Source of the DNA: Chiloscyllium plagiosum
Lineage: Eukaryota
Reading direction: 5' to 3'
DNA length: 64,000 nucleotides
Assembly: GCF_004010195.1 (NCBI RefSeq)
Contig: NC_057738.1
Span: 18,555,622 to 18,619,621, forward strand
Shown: positions 1 through 11,536 of the stretch, one piece after another
Layout of the letters: each line of letters opens with the position of its first letter
Numbering within the stretch: position 1 is the stretch's first letter
Position numbers and translations under genes: made by a program
Notes under the pieces: model-generated
Told to the model about the DNA's origin: nothing
What the model saw: the letters and a program-made list of their open reading frames with translations, nothing else
Databases searched by the model: none

Positions 1-572
1 TTTAGGTCTTTCCTGGCTACCTTGTAACCCTCAAGAGCCCTAACTGAGCCTCCACATCTCATCCTAACATAAGCCTTCTTCTTCCTCTTGACCAGAGATT
101 CCACTTCCTTCGTAAACCACAGCTCCCGTGCTCTACAGCTTCCTTCCTGCTTGACAGGTACATACCTATCTAGGACACACAGGAGCTTTTCCTTGAATAA
201 GCTCCAGATTTCTAATGTGGCCATCCCCTGCAGTTTCCTTCCCCATCCTATGCTTCCTAAATCTTGCCTAATCGCATCATAATTGCCTTTCCCCCAGCTG
301 TAACTCTTGCCCAGTGATATACACCTATCCCTTTCTATCACTAAAGTAAACATAACAGAATTGTGATCGCTATCACCAAAGTGCTCAATTATTTCCAAGT
401 CTAACACCTGGCTGGGCTCATTACCCAGTACCAAATCTAATGTGGCTTCGCCTCTTGTTGGCCTGTCTACATACTGTGTCAGGAAGCCCTCCTGCACACA
501 CTGGACAAAAACTGACCCATCTATAGTACTCGTACTATAGTGTTCCCAGTCAATATTTGGAAAGTTGAAGCC
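1..572 (-). mobile_element. CR1-clade LINE ORF2 fragment (endonuclease/linker region)
   Basis: Bases 1-126 are the reverse complement of 577-702, which encodes the CR1-type linker peptide (PWFTKEVESLAKRKKK...YKLARKDLK); the rest resembles upstream CR1 endonuclease sequence. Confidence 0.8.
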
Positions 573-576
573 CCCT

Positions 577-785
577 GGAGCCATGGTTTACGAAGGAAGT
601 GGAATCTCTGGCCAAGAGGAAGAAGAAGCCTTATGTTAGGATGAGATGTGAAGGCTCAGTTAGGGCTCTTGAGGGTTACAAGTTAGCCAGGAAAGACCTA
701 AAGAGAGAGCTCAGAAGAGCCAGAAGGAGACATGAGAAGTTGTTGGCGGATAGGATCAGGGTAAACCCAAAGGCTTTCTATCGGG
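577..785 (+). mobile_element. CR1 ORF2 linker fragment, inverted relative to neighbour
   Basis: ORF 599-892 begins ESLAKRKKK...RRARRRHEKLLADRIRVNPKAFY, a typical CR1 linker motif (NPKxFY). Confidence 0.85.
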
Positions 786-809
786 CTCAATGTGAAAAAA
801 AAAACAAAA

Positions 810-1110
810 ATCCCAAATTCACTATCCTTTATGACTCCAAGTTTGGTACCATTCACAAACTTACTGTCCAATCTTCCAAATTGTTTATATAAATGAAAAA
901 CAACAGTGGACCCAGCACCAATCCTTACAGAACACCGCTGCTCACAGGCCTCCAGTCTGAACAACAACCACCCTCTGTCTCCTCCTGTCAGGCCAATTTT
1001 TATCCAGTTGGCCAGCTCTCCCTGGATCCCACGTGATCTAACCTTTCTAGTCAGTCTACCATGCAGAACCTTGTTGAAGGCCTTGCTAAAGTCCTTGCTA
1101 AATCTAAACA
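810..1110 (-). mobile_element. CR1 RT fragment, internally deleted
   Basis: ORF 698-1111 (-) contains DFSKAFNKVLHGRL...GIQGELANWI and SKFVNGTKLG. Confidence 0.85.
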
Positions 1111-1145
1111 TCTACTGCCAGAGGGATAATGCATATATGAAATAA

Positions 1146-1335
1146 ACTGCCCGAGGAAGCGGTAGAGGTGGATATATTTACAACATTTAAATGACATTTA
1201 GACTGGTAAATGGATAGGAAAGATGCAAAGAGATATGGGCCAAATGCCAGCTAATGGGACTCATTCAGTGTAGAAAACCTGGTCGGCATGGACAAATTAG
1301 GTCGAAGGGTCTACTTCTAAGCTGTATGACTCTAT
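1146..1335 (+). mobile_element. CR1 3' end
   Basis: Matches the 3' end of the 19841-20851 copy; ends in GTATGACTCTA. Confidence 0.75.
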
Positions 1336-1336
1336 A

Positions 1337-1500
1337 ACTGCAGATACTGGAAATCAGAAGGTAATAAAGAATTTCTGGAGAAACGCAGCCAGTCTGGCAA
1401 CACCGATGGAAAAACAACAGAATTAACATTTTGGGTCCAGTTCTGAAGCAGGGTCACTGCCTTTCTGAGATCTTTGCTTTCTAATATAATTGTGTTTTTT
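1337..1500. mobile_element. Decayed PLE-end/hammerhead-related short element
   Basis: ACTGCAGATACTGGAAATC terminus plus TTAACATTTTGGGTCCAG-TTCTGAAGCAGGGTCACT, similar to the 13270-13400 element. Confidence 0.45.
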
Positions 1501-1559
1501 ACCAGTATTGCTTTTCCTTTCCACATTTGCGTGTCCTCTACACAACTGGAACTGACAGC

Positions 1560-1830
1560 CCCCAAAGTTGGAAGATTCAAGAATAAGGGTTCCTAGAATT
1601 AGGATCTGGACATTCAGTGCTTGTAAAAATCAGGATCCCTAACCAAGAGCTATTGACGTTATGTCAATTAAATATTTAATAACTGAGGTTAATAGACTTC
1701 TGTTTGGCAATAGTTTTAAGGAATCATCCTGGGTAAATGAAGTTAGGTTCAATTCTACAATCTTTTGGCCGACAGAGAAAACAAGTTTGACAATCTGAAT
1801 GATCTATTCCTACAACCTGAACTTTATCAT
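1560..1830 (+). mobile_element. Old CR1 3' fragment
   Basis: Degenerate similarity to the CR1 3' region (ATTTAATAACTGAGGTTAATAGACTT...AAGGAATC). Confidence 0.4.
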
Positions 1831-3139
1831 GTGCTTCATGATCCTGATGTTGGGACCAGATAGGAGTGTGACAGCAGCATTTTCTGTGCAACAGATTAAT
1901 GGAGCTATTGTGTTGGAAGTGGCCTCCTAACAGGCTGACTTTGAGCTTCCCATTTCCCTTCACGTGTCCCCTGCTCAGCCAGAGGGTCACCTCCGCAGTC
2001 CCACCGGAGAGCTCCTGGCAGCAGTTTGTCAATAGTTTGAGAAGATGCTTTGACAGACTCAGAAGCATAAAGTTAAAAGGATACGTTCGGAGTTGTCAAG
2101 GGGAAATCTCTCCAGGTGACCTTTTGGGACAATGAGGGGTTTGCAGACCCCCCCCCATTTGCAGACCTCCTCTTTCAGGGATGTGCCTCTGATACTGATT
2201 GCTTTCCTCAAGCTGCTGCTGAGAAACTGCTCCATGTTGCTGTGGTGATGAGGAAGTGCTTGACCATCAGCAAAGAAACATCAAGTGCAGGAAATGACTC
2301 CTAATTGGGGGCCTTAAGTACTTGACTTGGTTTCCCTCCTCCAATGAGACTGCAGATCCACATTCCATCCTGGATTTTTCTATTGTCCAGAATGTGTGGG
2401 GAGCTATTCCAACTGCACTCGCCACTATTTTCCCAGCACAGTACCTTCAAATCTACTATTCTGGGACTGGGAACATCTGCCCTTCATCTTTATGTTCCTC
2501 AAGCTCAAATGCTGACAGTCAGATGCTGCTTGAGTCGACTGCAAGCTGGCTTTTCAATCTTAATATCAGTGGAAAATCATGCTGCTCCTCATGTAAACCG
2601 CCCATTATTCTTGAACAGTAATTCATTTTAAATTCTGCCAGTTATTGTAAGCCATTGCACTACATCACTGGGTCAGGTCATTTGTCAAATACCATGCCGA
2701 TATCCAATTAATTAGTATGTTAAAGGATGCATGAGCCTTATTTTGGTACGTAAAAAAGAAAGTTTTCATTTTTAAGTTCATCAGTTGTTAGAAAAATCAA
2801 TATGTAATATTTAATAAAATGCCTTCTGCACTATTTAATATAAAAGATTTTGCCTACATCGTTATATTGTGGAAAGTTGTCTAGCATGTTTATTGGTTTA
2901 TATTGATTTTTTAAAAATGGATTTCTGCAGCAACTGCTAAATAATTTGTTTTATTTAACCCAAAACCAGCTTATCCGAAGAATGATTAATGGTTGGCATA
3001 CAAATTTGAGTGCATAACTTACAACAGTGCAGTCAAGAAACAGTCTTTCATTAAGTAAACGACCAGGCCTCTTTAACCTATCACTGGTACATGTGGTCAG
3101 TACACACCGAAAAATGGCAATGAGTGTTCTTTATAATTT

Positions 3140-3470
3140 AAGGAGGCAATGGCCTCGTGTTATTATCACTGAGCTGTTAATCCAAAGATCCAGGCAATGT
3201 TCTGGGGACCACAGCAGACTGTAGAATTTGAATCCAATAAATATCCAGAGTTAAGAGTCTAATGATGACCATGAATCCATTGTCAATTGTCAGGAAAAAA
3301 CCCTTCTGATTCACAGATGTCCTTTAGGGAAGGAAACTGCATCCTTACTTGATCTGTCCTACATGTGACTTCAGATCCACAGCATTACATTCGACTCTTA
3401 ACAGCCCCCTGGGCAATAAATGCTGTCATATCCTGTGACACCCACATCCTGTGAATGAATAAAAAGAAAA
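3140..3470 (+). mobile_element. LF-SINE-like tRNA-headed SINE
   Basis: A-box-like head (TGGCCTCGTG), body motif GTCCTTTAGGGAAGGAAACTGC...CCTACATGTGACT, and tail GGGCAATAAATGCT...CCCACATCC...GAATGAATAAAAA shared with LINE ends at ~7790-7845 and ~35985-36050. Family name is from recall. Confidence 0.6.
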
Positions 3471-3538
3471 TTACGAGAGGCCTATTATCTGAAACACTGA
3501 GGTTCTTTGGACTGGCAACAGTATATGCTTTTCAAAAT

Positions 3539-4190
3539 CAGCTGATAGCCAAGTTCGTTACCCATGAGGAATTCCTCAACTGGGACCTCAGGTTCATATC
3601 ACACTACAGGTGACCCCACTGCACCAAACACTCTCTCTCTGTCTCTCCCTCTCTCACTCACACACGCACACACATTAATCTATGGGAGAATTAGCATTTG
3701 TAAAATTTGTTTGCAGATACATTCTATTTTGCTCAAAAAGCACACAATCTACAGGCAGTCAATGCAGGCAGTCAATCCATGTGACATTTTATAAATTCCT
3801 ATTTTGGAAATAGAACCAGTCTGACTCAAGATTGGGATACAGATAGACTCTAACCTCACAATATTAATGCATTGTCTGAGCTGAGATGTTACTTTTTTTT
3901 ATATAAAACCTTAAGTTATCTCAAGAATGTGACTTAAAAGAAGTTCTGGGATTTAGATATTAATGAACTGAAACTTGCAACCCATTCTAAAAGATGAAAG
4001 ACTTAACAGCAATCTAGGTTTGTTCAATATATCATTTCAGTTGCATGACATTATGATCTTTTGCGATAAATTCTGTGTCTTATGATCCTGCTCCACAGCT
4101 ACCTGATGAAGGAGCAGAGCTCTGAAAGCTAGTATTTCCAAATAAACCTGTTGGACTATAACCTGGTGTTGTGTGATCTTTAACCTTTGA
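3539..4190 (+). mobile_element. Penelope-like element 3' fragment (GIY-YIG C-terminus, 3' region, hammerhead)
   Basis: 3542-3613 reads LIAKFVTHEEFLNWDLRFISHYR*, like the PLE ORF end (FxT..GLN.D.GF), followed by a CT/CA microsatellite and a terminal hammerhead motif with AATAAA. Confidence 0.75.
4100..4134 (+). ncRNA. Minimal type I hammerhead ribozyme motif (family A)
   Basis: TAC-CTGATGA-AGGAGCAGAGCTCT-GAAA-GCTA-GTA: both core boxes intact, stem II GAGC/GCTC, palindromic AGCT helix III, stem I TAC/GTA. Confidence 0.75.
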
Positions 4191-5264
4191 AAATTGAGAT
4201 GACTGGTTTTCTGAGGTGGATAATATTACTGATCCATTTTTGAGGCAATTATCGTCACTCTGTTTGTGACTTCTGAAATCCATAGAAATTTGACACTTAC
4301 ATTTGCAAAGAAAGGATACACTTAGAACCTTAATCAAAGTAGCTACAGGTTAGAACAAAGTGTCACAGAAGATGGAAGGTCACGAAGAGATGGAAAATGT
4401 TTGTGTGAAATATATCGATTCACTACTTAAAATAGTTTGACACTAACAGGCTCCCCATTGTCCATCAATTATGTAAAAGAACGAGGAAAAGTAGTGCAAC
4501 TGAGTGATGGAGAGTAGAAATAAATAATCATAGTGTCTTGCAGTGTGCATATAATGGACACTTGGTCAGGAAATATAGAGTGCTAACACTTACTGCTCCC
4601 ATTTCAATGTCTTATCATCCCAATCTTATTCATGTTTTTGTCAGTTACTCTGCTGTAAATCATGCCAAATATCAAATCAAGGAACATAGAAGGAAAGCTT
4701 GCTTTTATGTAGGGCCCTCCACATCCTCATAATGCGAGAAAGAGAATCACAACTAATAAATTAATTTTTAAATACAATCATTGCTGTTGTATTTATGCAG
4801 CATCTTGAACATAGTAGAAACATTCCAAGATACATCATAGGGCATTTTCAGACTGAATTCGACAAGTGAGTTAGGTGAGATATTTGCCTAGTTCTTGGTT
4901 AAAATGGGACATGAGTGCCATTTAAAAACAACATACTCATCGTAATTCCCAGTGTCCTGACCTCATTTCTGAGATTTCCACTTTTCAAGAGTACCTTTTA
5001 TGATGGAATGGTCTGGTTTAGGCCATAAGCCAACATTCTGCACTGCTGAACAGACCAGGCCTGTAATATGGTTCAGCATGTCCTAGTCTTCTGCAAAAGT
5101 CTTGGAATTAAACCAGCTTACCAAGAACTCATCTGCATGAAGGACATCTTGAAAAGTATGTTCATGAGTTGCTCTTCTTGTCCCATCGGACCAAGCTATG
5201 GGATTGACAGAGTGGACAAGAGAGGCAGAGCTGTAAATCAGCCAATTTGATTCATTGCATGTGA

Positions 5265-5830
5265 TACCACACCTGAAGTATTGTGCACAGTTTTGGTCCT
5301 CTTATTTGAGAAAAAATGTAGTGGCATTGGAGGCAGTTCAGACAAGTTTTACTTGATTGTTCCCTGAGATGAGAGGTTTGTCATATGAAGTGAGATTGAA
5401 CAGTGTAGGACTATTCTCTCTGGAATTTAGAAGAATGAAGGGAGATCAAATTGAGGTATTCAAGATGTTAAAAGGTAGGGATAAAATAGATGTGGAGCAG
5501 ATGCTTCCTCTGGTGGGCCACTCTAGGCTGAGTGGTTATAGTCTTAGGATAAGGGGAGCAAATTTCAAACAGAGTTGAGGAGAAACTATCTCTCTCAAAG
5601 GGTTGTGAATCTGTGGAATTTGCTATCCCAAAGTGCAGTGGAAGCTTGGACAGTGAGTAAATTAAAGAGGAGTTAGACAGATTTTTAATTGTTAATGGGT
5701 TGAAAGGATATGGAGAAAAGGCAGTAAACTGGGGTGAGGAACATATCAGCCATGATTGAATGGTGGTGCAGACCTGATAGGTCAAAAGGCCTAATTCTGC
5801 TCCTATTTCTTATGAACTTATGAACTTATA
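5265..5830 (+). mobile_element. CR1 3' fragment
   Basis: Peptide FPEMRGLSYEVRLNSVGLFSLEFRRMKGDQIEVFKML; (TTATGAAC)n tail. Confidence 0.9.
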
Positions 5831-5834
5831 TCAA

Positions 5835-6436
5835 GAAATATCTGAAGGCATTGGATACTCCAAAACCTATGAGCCTGGGCAATATTCCAGCAATAGTACT
5901 GAAGGCCTGTGCTCTATAACTAACTTCATCCAAAAGAAATTATTTCAATTCTGCTGCAAAACTAGTATTTTCCCAGCGATGTTGAAAATTGCCCAGGTAT
6001 GAAATGTCCACAAAGACCAATAGAAATCCAACCTATCTAATTACTATCCTTTCAATCTACTCTTGATCGTCAGCAAAGTGATGGAAATGGGCAAATAAGC
6101 TGAATTCCAGGGACGAAGTGAGAGTGACTACCCCTGACATCAAGTCAGCACTTCACTGAATATGATATCAATGGGGTTTACTAAAACTGATGTCATTGAG
6201 GAATAAGTGGGAAAACTATCCATTGGTTGGAGTTCTACTTTGCGCAGATGAGGATGGACATGGTTGTCGCAGGTCTATCATCTCAGTGCTGAAATCCTTC
6301 AGGTAGTGTCCTGGGCTCAAGTACCTTCAGCTGCTGCATCGAAACACATTGCATTAACGCATCAAAGATGCTTCAACAGCAACTTCCAAACCTGCTCCTC
6401 TATGACGAAGAAAGACAAGAGCAACAGATGCACAGG
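5835..6436 (+). mobile_element. Old CR1/L2-group LINE RT remnant (5' part, split by LTR-like insertion)
   Basis: Frameshifted motifs LFQFCCKTSIFPAMLKIAQV, KSNxSNYYPFNLLLIVSKVME; the sequence resumes at 7658. Confidence 0.65.
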
Positions 6437-7657
6437 TGTTATGGACTGACTTTGGGCAAGTTTCTCCAAGTTGTTGCGGTTCCAGACAGATGTCTCAAAG
6501 CACTAAACTACCAGAAGAGGAGGGATGAACAGGTTCCCCTTCTGTATTCACCCACCCCCTTCTATTGGTCAAACAAAGTTAATTTGAAAAGCGGTCCTCG
6601 CTAATGGATACCTTTCTCACAGAACAAATTAATTTCTATTTTAGCAAGGAACACACTCTTGAGTTATCAGATGAAGTCTATTTGTTACTAAATGCAAAAA
6701 TAAATAATGATACAACACACATGCACACAGAAATAAGAATTGAGTCCAAAAAAGGATGATAGAAATTAAAAGATGTATGTATTAAATTCTCTGAGTGGAT
6801 TGTGAAGAGTCAATAGCAGATCATTAATAGTAGAAAAATCAATTTCAAGATTTTTGGTTTTGCAGTTAATTAAAATTCTTTTGCCCTATGTACTTTTTGT
6901 GATTGTTGTCAGGCAGCATTCAAAGTGAGAGAGGGCTTTGTGTTGCCCTGTTGCCTTTTCAATGGATTGATATAAGTTGGCTTCTTGCATTCAGAATGAG
7001 AAAGCCCTTTTGCCTGCAGTGTCTGGGTGACTAGTGGATGATTCTTCAACTGTGACATTCACAAAACATTAGTGTTCAAACCCATACTAGTACACACAAA
7101 TGCCTTCATTCACCAGAATGCCTTTTTCCATTAATACATTTCCTTCTCTTACCATACACTCAACAGATTTGCTGTCAGTTTTAACCTTTTTTTGGACATT
7201 GGGAATGCAAATTGCAAAAAAAAATCCCTAACAGATAGCTTTCTGCTAGGGAAGAAAATCAGACAGTTATGATCTCTTCCTGTCATGTCTTAGTCTCTGT
7301 TTGAACTTTACTGAAAAATGTGTTGCTGGAAATGCGCAGCAGGTCAGGCAGCATCAAAGGAGATGAAGGGCTTATGCCCGAAATGTTGATTCTCCTGCTC
7401 CTTTGATGCTGCCTGACCTGCTGCGCTTTCGCTTTTCCAGCAACACATTTTTAAGCTCTGATCTCCAGCATCTGCAGTCCTCACTTTTTCCTCTGTTTGA
7501 ACTTTCCCTAATACACTACAGGTGTGACATTCCTGACAGCATTGAATTTACATACGTAGTCTTTTCTTTGTCTGGAACAGTCCCCTTTAAAAAACAAATT
7601 TTGGAATTAAAAGTTAATGTCCATCCTACTTTAGGGCTCTGATCATTCATTGTGGCA
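6437..7657. mobile_element. Candidate solo LTR
   Basis: Starts TGTTATGG and ends GTGGCA; cleanly interrupts the LINE (GATGCACAGG | ATAAGAACACC); TSD only degenerate. Confidence 0.5.
7310..7490. mobile_element. PLE-derived fold-back element (family B) with 15-bp TSD
   Basis: Inverted arms ~7315-7362 / ~7398-7451 around GATGAAGGGCTTATGCCCGAAATGTTG; exact direct repeat CTCTGTTTGAACTTT at 7295-7309 and 7491-7505. Confidence 0.85.
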
Positions 7658-7845
7658 ATAAGAACACCATAACCTGCAGCGCCCTCCCCTTCAAGGTACT
7701 CTCCTGCCCTAATAATAGAGGTTGGCTCTCGACCCCAAGAGCTGCAGTAGTTCAAGGAGGCTTTTTTTCTACAGTTCAATGAGGGGTGGGCAATGAATTC
7801 TAGCCTAGCCAGAGATGCCCACATTCCGTAGAAATAATAAAAAAG
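7658..7845 (+). mobile_element. LINE 3' end (tail shared with LF-SINE-like element)
   Basis: GGGCAATGAATTCTAGCCTAGCCAGAGATGCCCACATTCC...AATAAAAAA. Confidence 0.6.
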
Positions 7846-7919
7846 TATTTTCCTTTGGACACAGAAGGTTCATCACTCTAGTCGATGCCTTGGCTCGCTT
7901 CCATACTGAGGCTTGGTTT

Positions 7920-8040
7920 GGAGGAGCCAGTTTTGGACTGGGGTGGACAATGTTAAATATCACACAACACCAGGTGACAGTCCAACAGGTTTATTTGGAA
8001 GCACTGGCTTTTGGAGCACTGCTCCTTCATTAGGTGGTTT
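7920..8040 (-). mobile_element. PLE end (family A) with decayed hammerhead
   Basis: Reverse complement reads CAC-CTAATGA-AGGAGCAGTGCTCC-AAAAGCCAGTG...AATAAACCTGTTGGAC, homologous to 4100-4190. Confidence 0.75.
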
Positions 8041-9149
8041 CTTGGCTGACAGCCCAGAAATTTATTAGTCTGCAGAAGCAGCTGACTCTCAGGGAAAACG
8101 TAGCTGAATTGGCAGCTCTGGCTCTCTTATATTGGTTACACTATGTTTAGTTACACTAGTGCAAGAAGTTCCATGTGCTTGTGGTTTCTGCTATTGATAT
8201 TTTAAAAGGTGTGGATGATTGACATTTTGTTAACAGAATTGTTACAGTGAAAAATATTTCCTTTTAAGGAAGTGAAAAGTCATGCATTAATCAATTTTCT
8301 ATACTTTTACTATATCCTCTTGTCATGACAGGATTCATTGCTTCTGTACAGTGTATGGTTGGTGAAATGGCATATAAGTGGCTTAGCCAGATATGGTGAC
8401 CGTGAAAGATCACAGAGGATGGTTGAAACAGAAGGAGGTAGCATGGATGGGACATGGGAAATGTGAGGGGTGAAGGCCAAATGAATGTTTTCCATTATAA
8501 CTGGGACAAGGGCCCACATACCCTTTTAAACAGTTACCTTGCCATTCAGTAGATTCTGTTGCTTCTTCAGACATCCTTTATTGGTCGGCTGGCCTGAGTG
8601 AAGCCCACACCTGGGGTATTATGTATGATGCCCAGTGCTCATACTGTATTTTAGTGAGTGTGACTGGTGGCTTGTGTTACCACTAATCTTCCTTTCTTTG
8701 TTAGCCTTATTAGAGTAATTATAATTGCTGTTTAATATTATTATTATTTAATATTAATTATTGTAGTTCAATAGTCTGTGGTGGATGGTTGACCATGAAT
8801 AAGAGTCTACAAAAGGGGGGCTTGTCTTAGCTAATAAGATATAATTTATGAAATCTCACTAACTATGTACATGCTACATTAACTCACTGGCATATGAACT
8901 ATTCCTAGCAAGGGGTAGGTAAGGCACGTCTGCCTCCATTAGGAAAACTTGCCAGAGTTCACAAAGAACATGTGGCATCATTAGACTGGCCAGAGCTCAG
9001 CAGAGCTCAAACATTAACTCGTTCAGATCCATTGTCTTATACAACAACATAAGTCTTTGTGCCAATGGTATTTACACCCCTGGAGATACTATCGCCTGAG
9101 GCCGATGGTTTGGGCTGAAAATGTTCTCGACTCTCATTAGTCACCTCGA

Positions 9150-9470
9150 CATTAGGATAGACATCCAAATGTTTGGTCAATGAGATAGGTTTTAACGAGT
9201 GACTTAAAGCTTGAGCGAGATAGAGAGGTTTAAGGAGGGAATTTAAGAGTTCAGGACCTAAGCTGAAGACTCAACCACCAATGGCACAAAGATGAAAATT
9301 GGGGATACCTAAAAGGCCAGAATTGTAGGATACAGAGAACCCAGAGGGAGCTGTAGGAGGTCACAGAAATAGGGAGAGGTTTTGCCAGGGAAGAAATCGA
9401 TTCTCGAGGTAGTATGAGCATGGATGAGGCTTCAGCATCTGAGACAGAATTGGAGGTAGGCAATATTATG
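9150..9470 (-). mobile_element. Old L2-type LINE 3' region
   Basis: Similar to 12855-13030 and 13800-13960 (AGCTGAAGxCxCAxCCAxCAATGG, AGAGAGGTTTAAGGAGGGAATT). Confidence 0.5.
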
Positions 9471-9764
9471 TAAATTATCTTTGTGAGGGTATGGAATCCA
9501 AAGCTGAGCTCTGAATCAGATAGATGCTGAAGTAAATTTAGCAGTCAATTGTGTACAGCAAATTCCTAGAAAAAGTAAATGTAATAAATAATGAATCAAT
9601 CTGTTCTGGTTGAGGGCTAAGTGTTGTCCAGACATCAGAAAAAATCTTGTGGATTTATTGAAACTGCGGCTTGAATTTTTTACATCCAACTGAACATACA
9701 CAGGTGACCACATTTGACACAACCTCAAAAATTACAGCATTTTGATTCTTCCTTGTTGAACTAA

Positions 9765-10335
9765 GGCCATAAGATGTAAGAGCAGATGTAGGCCATTCAG
9801 CCCAATGAATCTATTCCACCATCCAATAGTTAATGTGATAATCCTCAAATCCACTTTCCTGCCTTTTTCCCTAAAACACTTGATTCTCTTCCTGATTGAA
9901 AATCTGTCTATCTCACCCTTGAATATACTTAATAACAGAACCATGACAGGCCTCTGTGGTAAAGCATTCCACAGATTCATAACCCTCTGAGAGAAGAAAT
10001 TTCTCCTCAACTCTGTCTTAAAAGTGTGACCCCTATTCTGACTTTATGCCAACTGATCCTAGATTCTACCACCAGGCAAAACAACCTTTCCATGTCTATT
10101 CTGTCAAATCCCTCTAAGAATCTCATATTTTCCTATAAGATTGTGTCTTGGTCCTCTACATTCTAATGAGTGTATGTCCAAACATTTTGACCTCTCCTTA
10201 TATGACAATCCCTCCATACCTGGGATTAGCCTAGTGAATACCTATTCCATCTGTGGTCTGACAAGTGCCTTGTGTAGTTTTAGCAAAAACCTCCCTAATT
10301 TTATACTCCTTTCCCTTTAACATTAAGGCTAACAG
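9765..10335 (-). mobile_element. CR1 3' fragment
   Basis: ORF 9732-10010 (-): RRNFFSQRVMNLWNALPQ...IFKGEIDRF. Confidence 0.9.
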
Positions 10336-10589
10336 TCCTGATGAGCATGGATGCTGTTCACAACTCTTCCAAACTGCTACTTCCTCATCAACCACACTAC
10401 TCCATTCCCAAACTGTGGGGCTGGAGGTTACATGTTTTCGGTGGGAGTGGCACATTAAATAGTTTGGTTGCCCAGACCTTGCCACCCATTCTCAAACCAA
10501 ACTCCCTCACTCAAAGTCAGCAGCCCACCCACCTTATTTAAAGAAGTCAATAAATAAAGGTCAAGGGACCACGTTACAAGCTCAATTAA

Positions 10590-10812
10590 TCCTAATATTA
10601 TCTGTCCATGCCAGAATCCTGACGTCCAGTATTTATCCCACAACTGATGTTACTGAGAAAGAAATGATCTGGTTAATGCTTCATTGCTGCTTACAATTTG
10701 ACTGCCTTTTGTTCCAATTTTAAAACAGTTAAAACATGTCAAACATACTTCAATAGCTACGAATCAAATTGGAATGTCATGAAAGGCACTACAAAAATGC
10801 AAGTCTTTCTTT
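10590..10812 (+). mobile_element. Ancient Deu-domain SINE (SacSINE1/AmnSINE1-like) 3' part
   Basis: CCAGTATTTATCCC...GATCTGGTTAAT...CATTGCTG...TGAAAGGCACTACAAAAATGCAAGTCTTT; reverse-homologous to 16015-16300 and 56340-56670. Confidence 0.5.
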
Positions 10813-10957
10813 TGAATAATTACACAGGAGGTCTGAGTGCAAACTCTGCAAGGACCAACATTATTTTTTGTGGCAGCCTGTTACAATATAAAGATAAAGT
10901 TGTCGAGGTATAAATTTTTATAGTCCCCTGCAAAACACTTCTAAACCACAAATTAAT

Positions 10958-11303
10958 CACGGAATCCCTACAGTGTGGAAGTAGACCATTGAATCCATAA
11001 CGACCCTCTGAAGAGCATCCCATCCAGACCTACATCCCTAACCTATCCCTGTATCCCTCCGTTTCCCATGGTTAATCCATATAACCTAAGCATCCTGGAC
11101 ACTGTGGTCAATTTAGCATCACCAATCCACCTGACCTGCACATCTTTGGACTGTGAGAGGAAACCGGAGCACCCGGAGGAAACCTATGTAGACATGGGGA
11201 GAATGTGCAAACTCCACACAGACAGTCGCCCGAAGCTGGAATCAAACCCGGATCCCTAATGCTGTGAAGCAGCAGTGCTAACCACTGAGCCACAATACTG
11301 CTC
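10958..11303 (-). mobile_element. HE1-type SINE
   Basis: tRNA-like head (GTGGCTCAGTGGTTAGCACTGCTG...GGTTTGATTCC), body GTCTGTGTGGAGTTTGCACATTCTCCCC, CR1-like tail. Confidence 0.9.
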
Positions 11304-11344
11304 CGGCCCACTCCCCTATATATACCAACTCGAACCATTTATAT

Positions 11345-11536
11345 CAATCCAAAGATGTGCAAGTTAGGTGAATTGGCCATGCTAAATTGCCCATAGTGTT
11401 CAGGGATGTGTAGGTTAGATGCGTTAGTCAGGGGTAAATGTAGCAGAATGGGTTTAGGTGGGTGGGCGGGATACTCTTTGGAAGGTCGGTATGGACTTGT
11501 TGGGCCAAACAGCCTATTTCCATACTGGGGATTCTA
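11345..11536 (+). mobile_element. HE1-type SINE, 3' half
   Basis: CAATCCAAAGATGTGCAAGTTAGGTGAATTGGCCATGCTAAATTGCCC...GGATTCTA. Confidence 0.85.
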
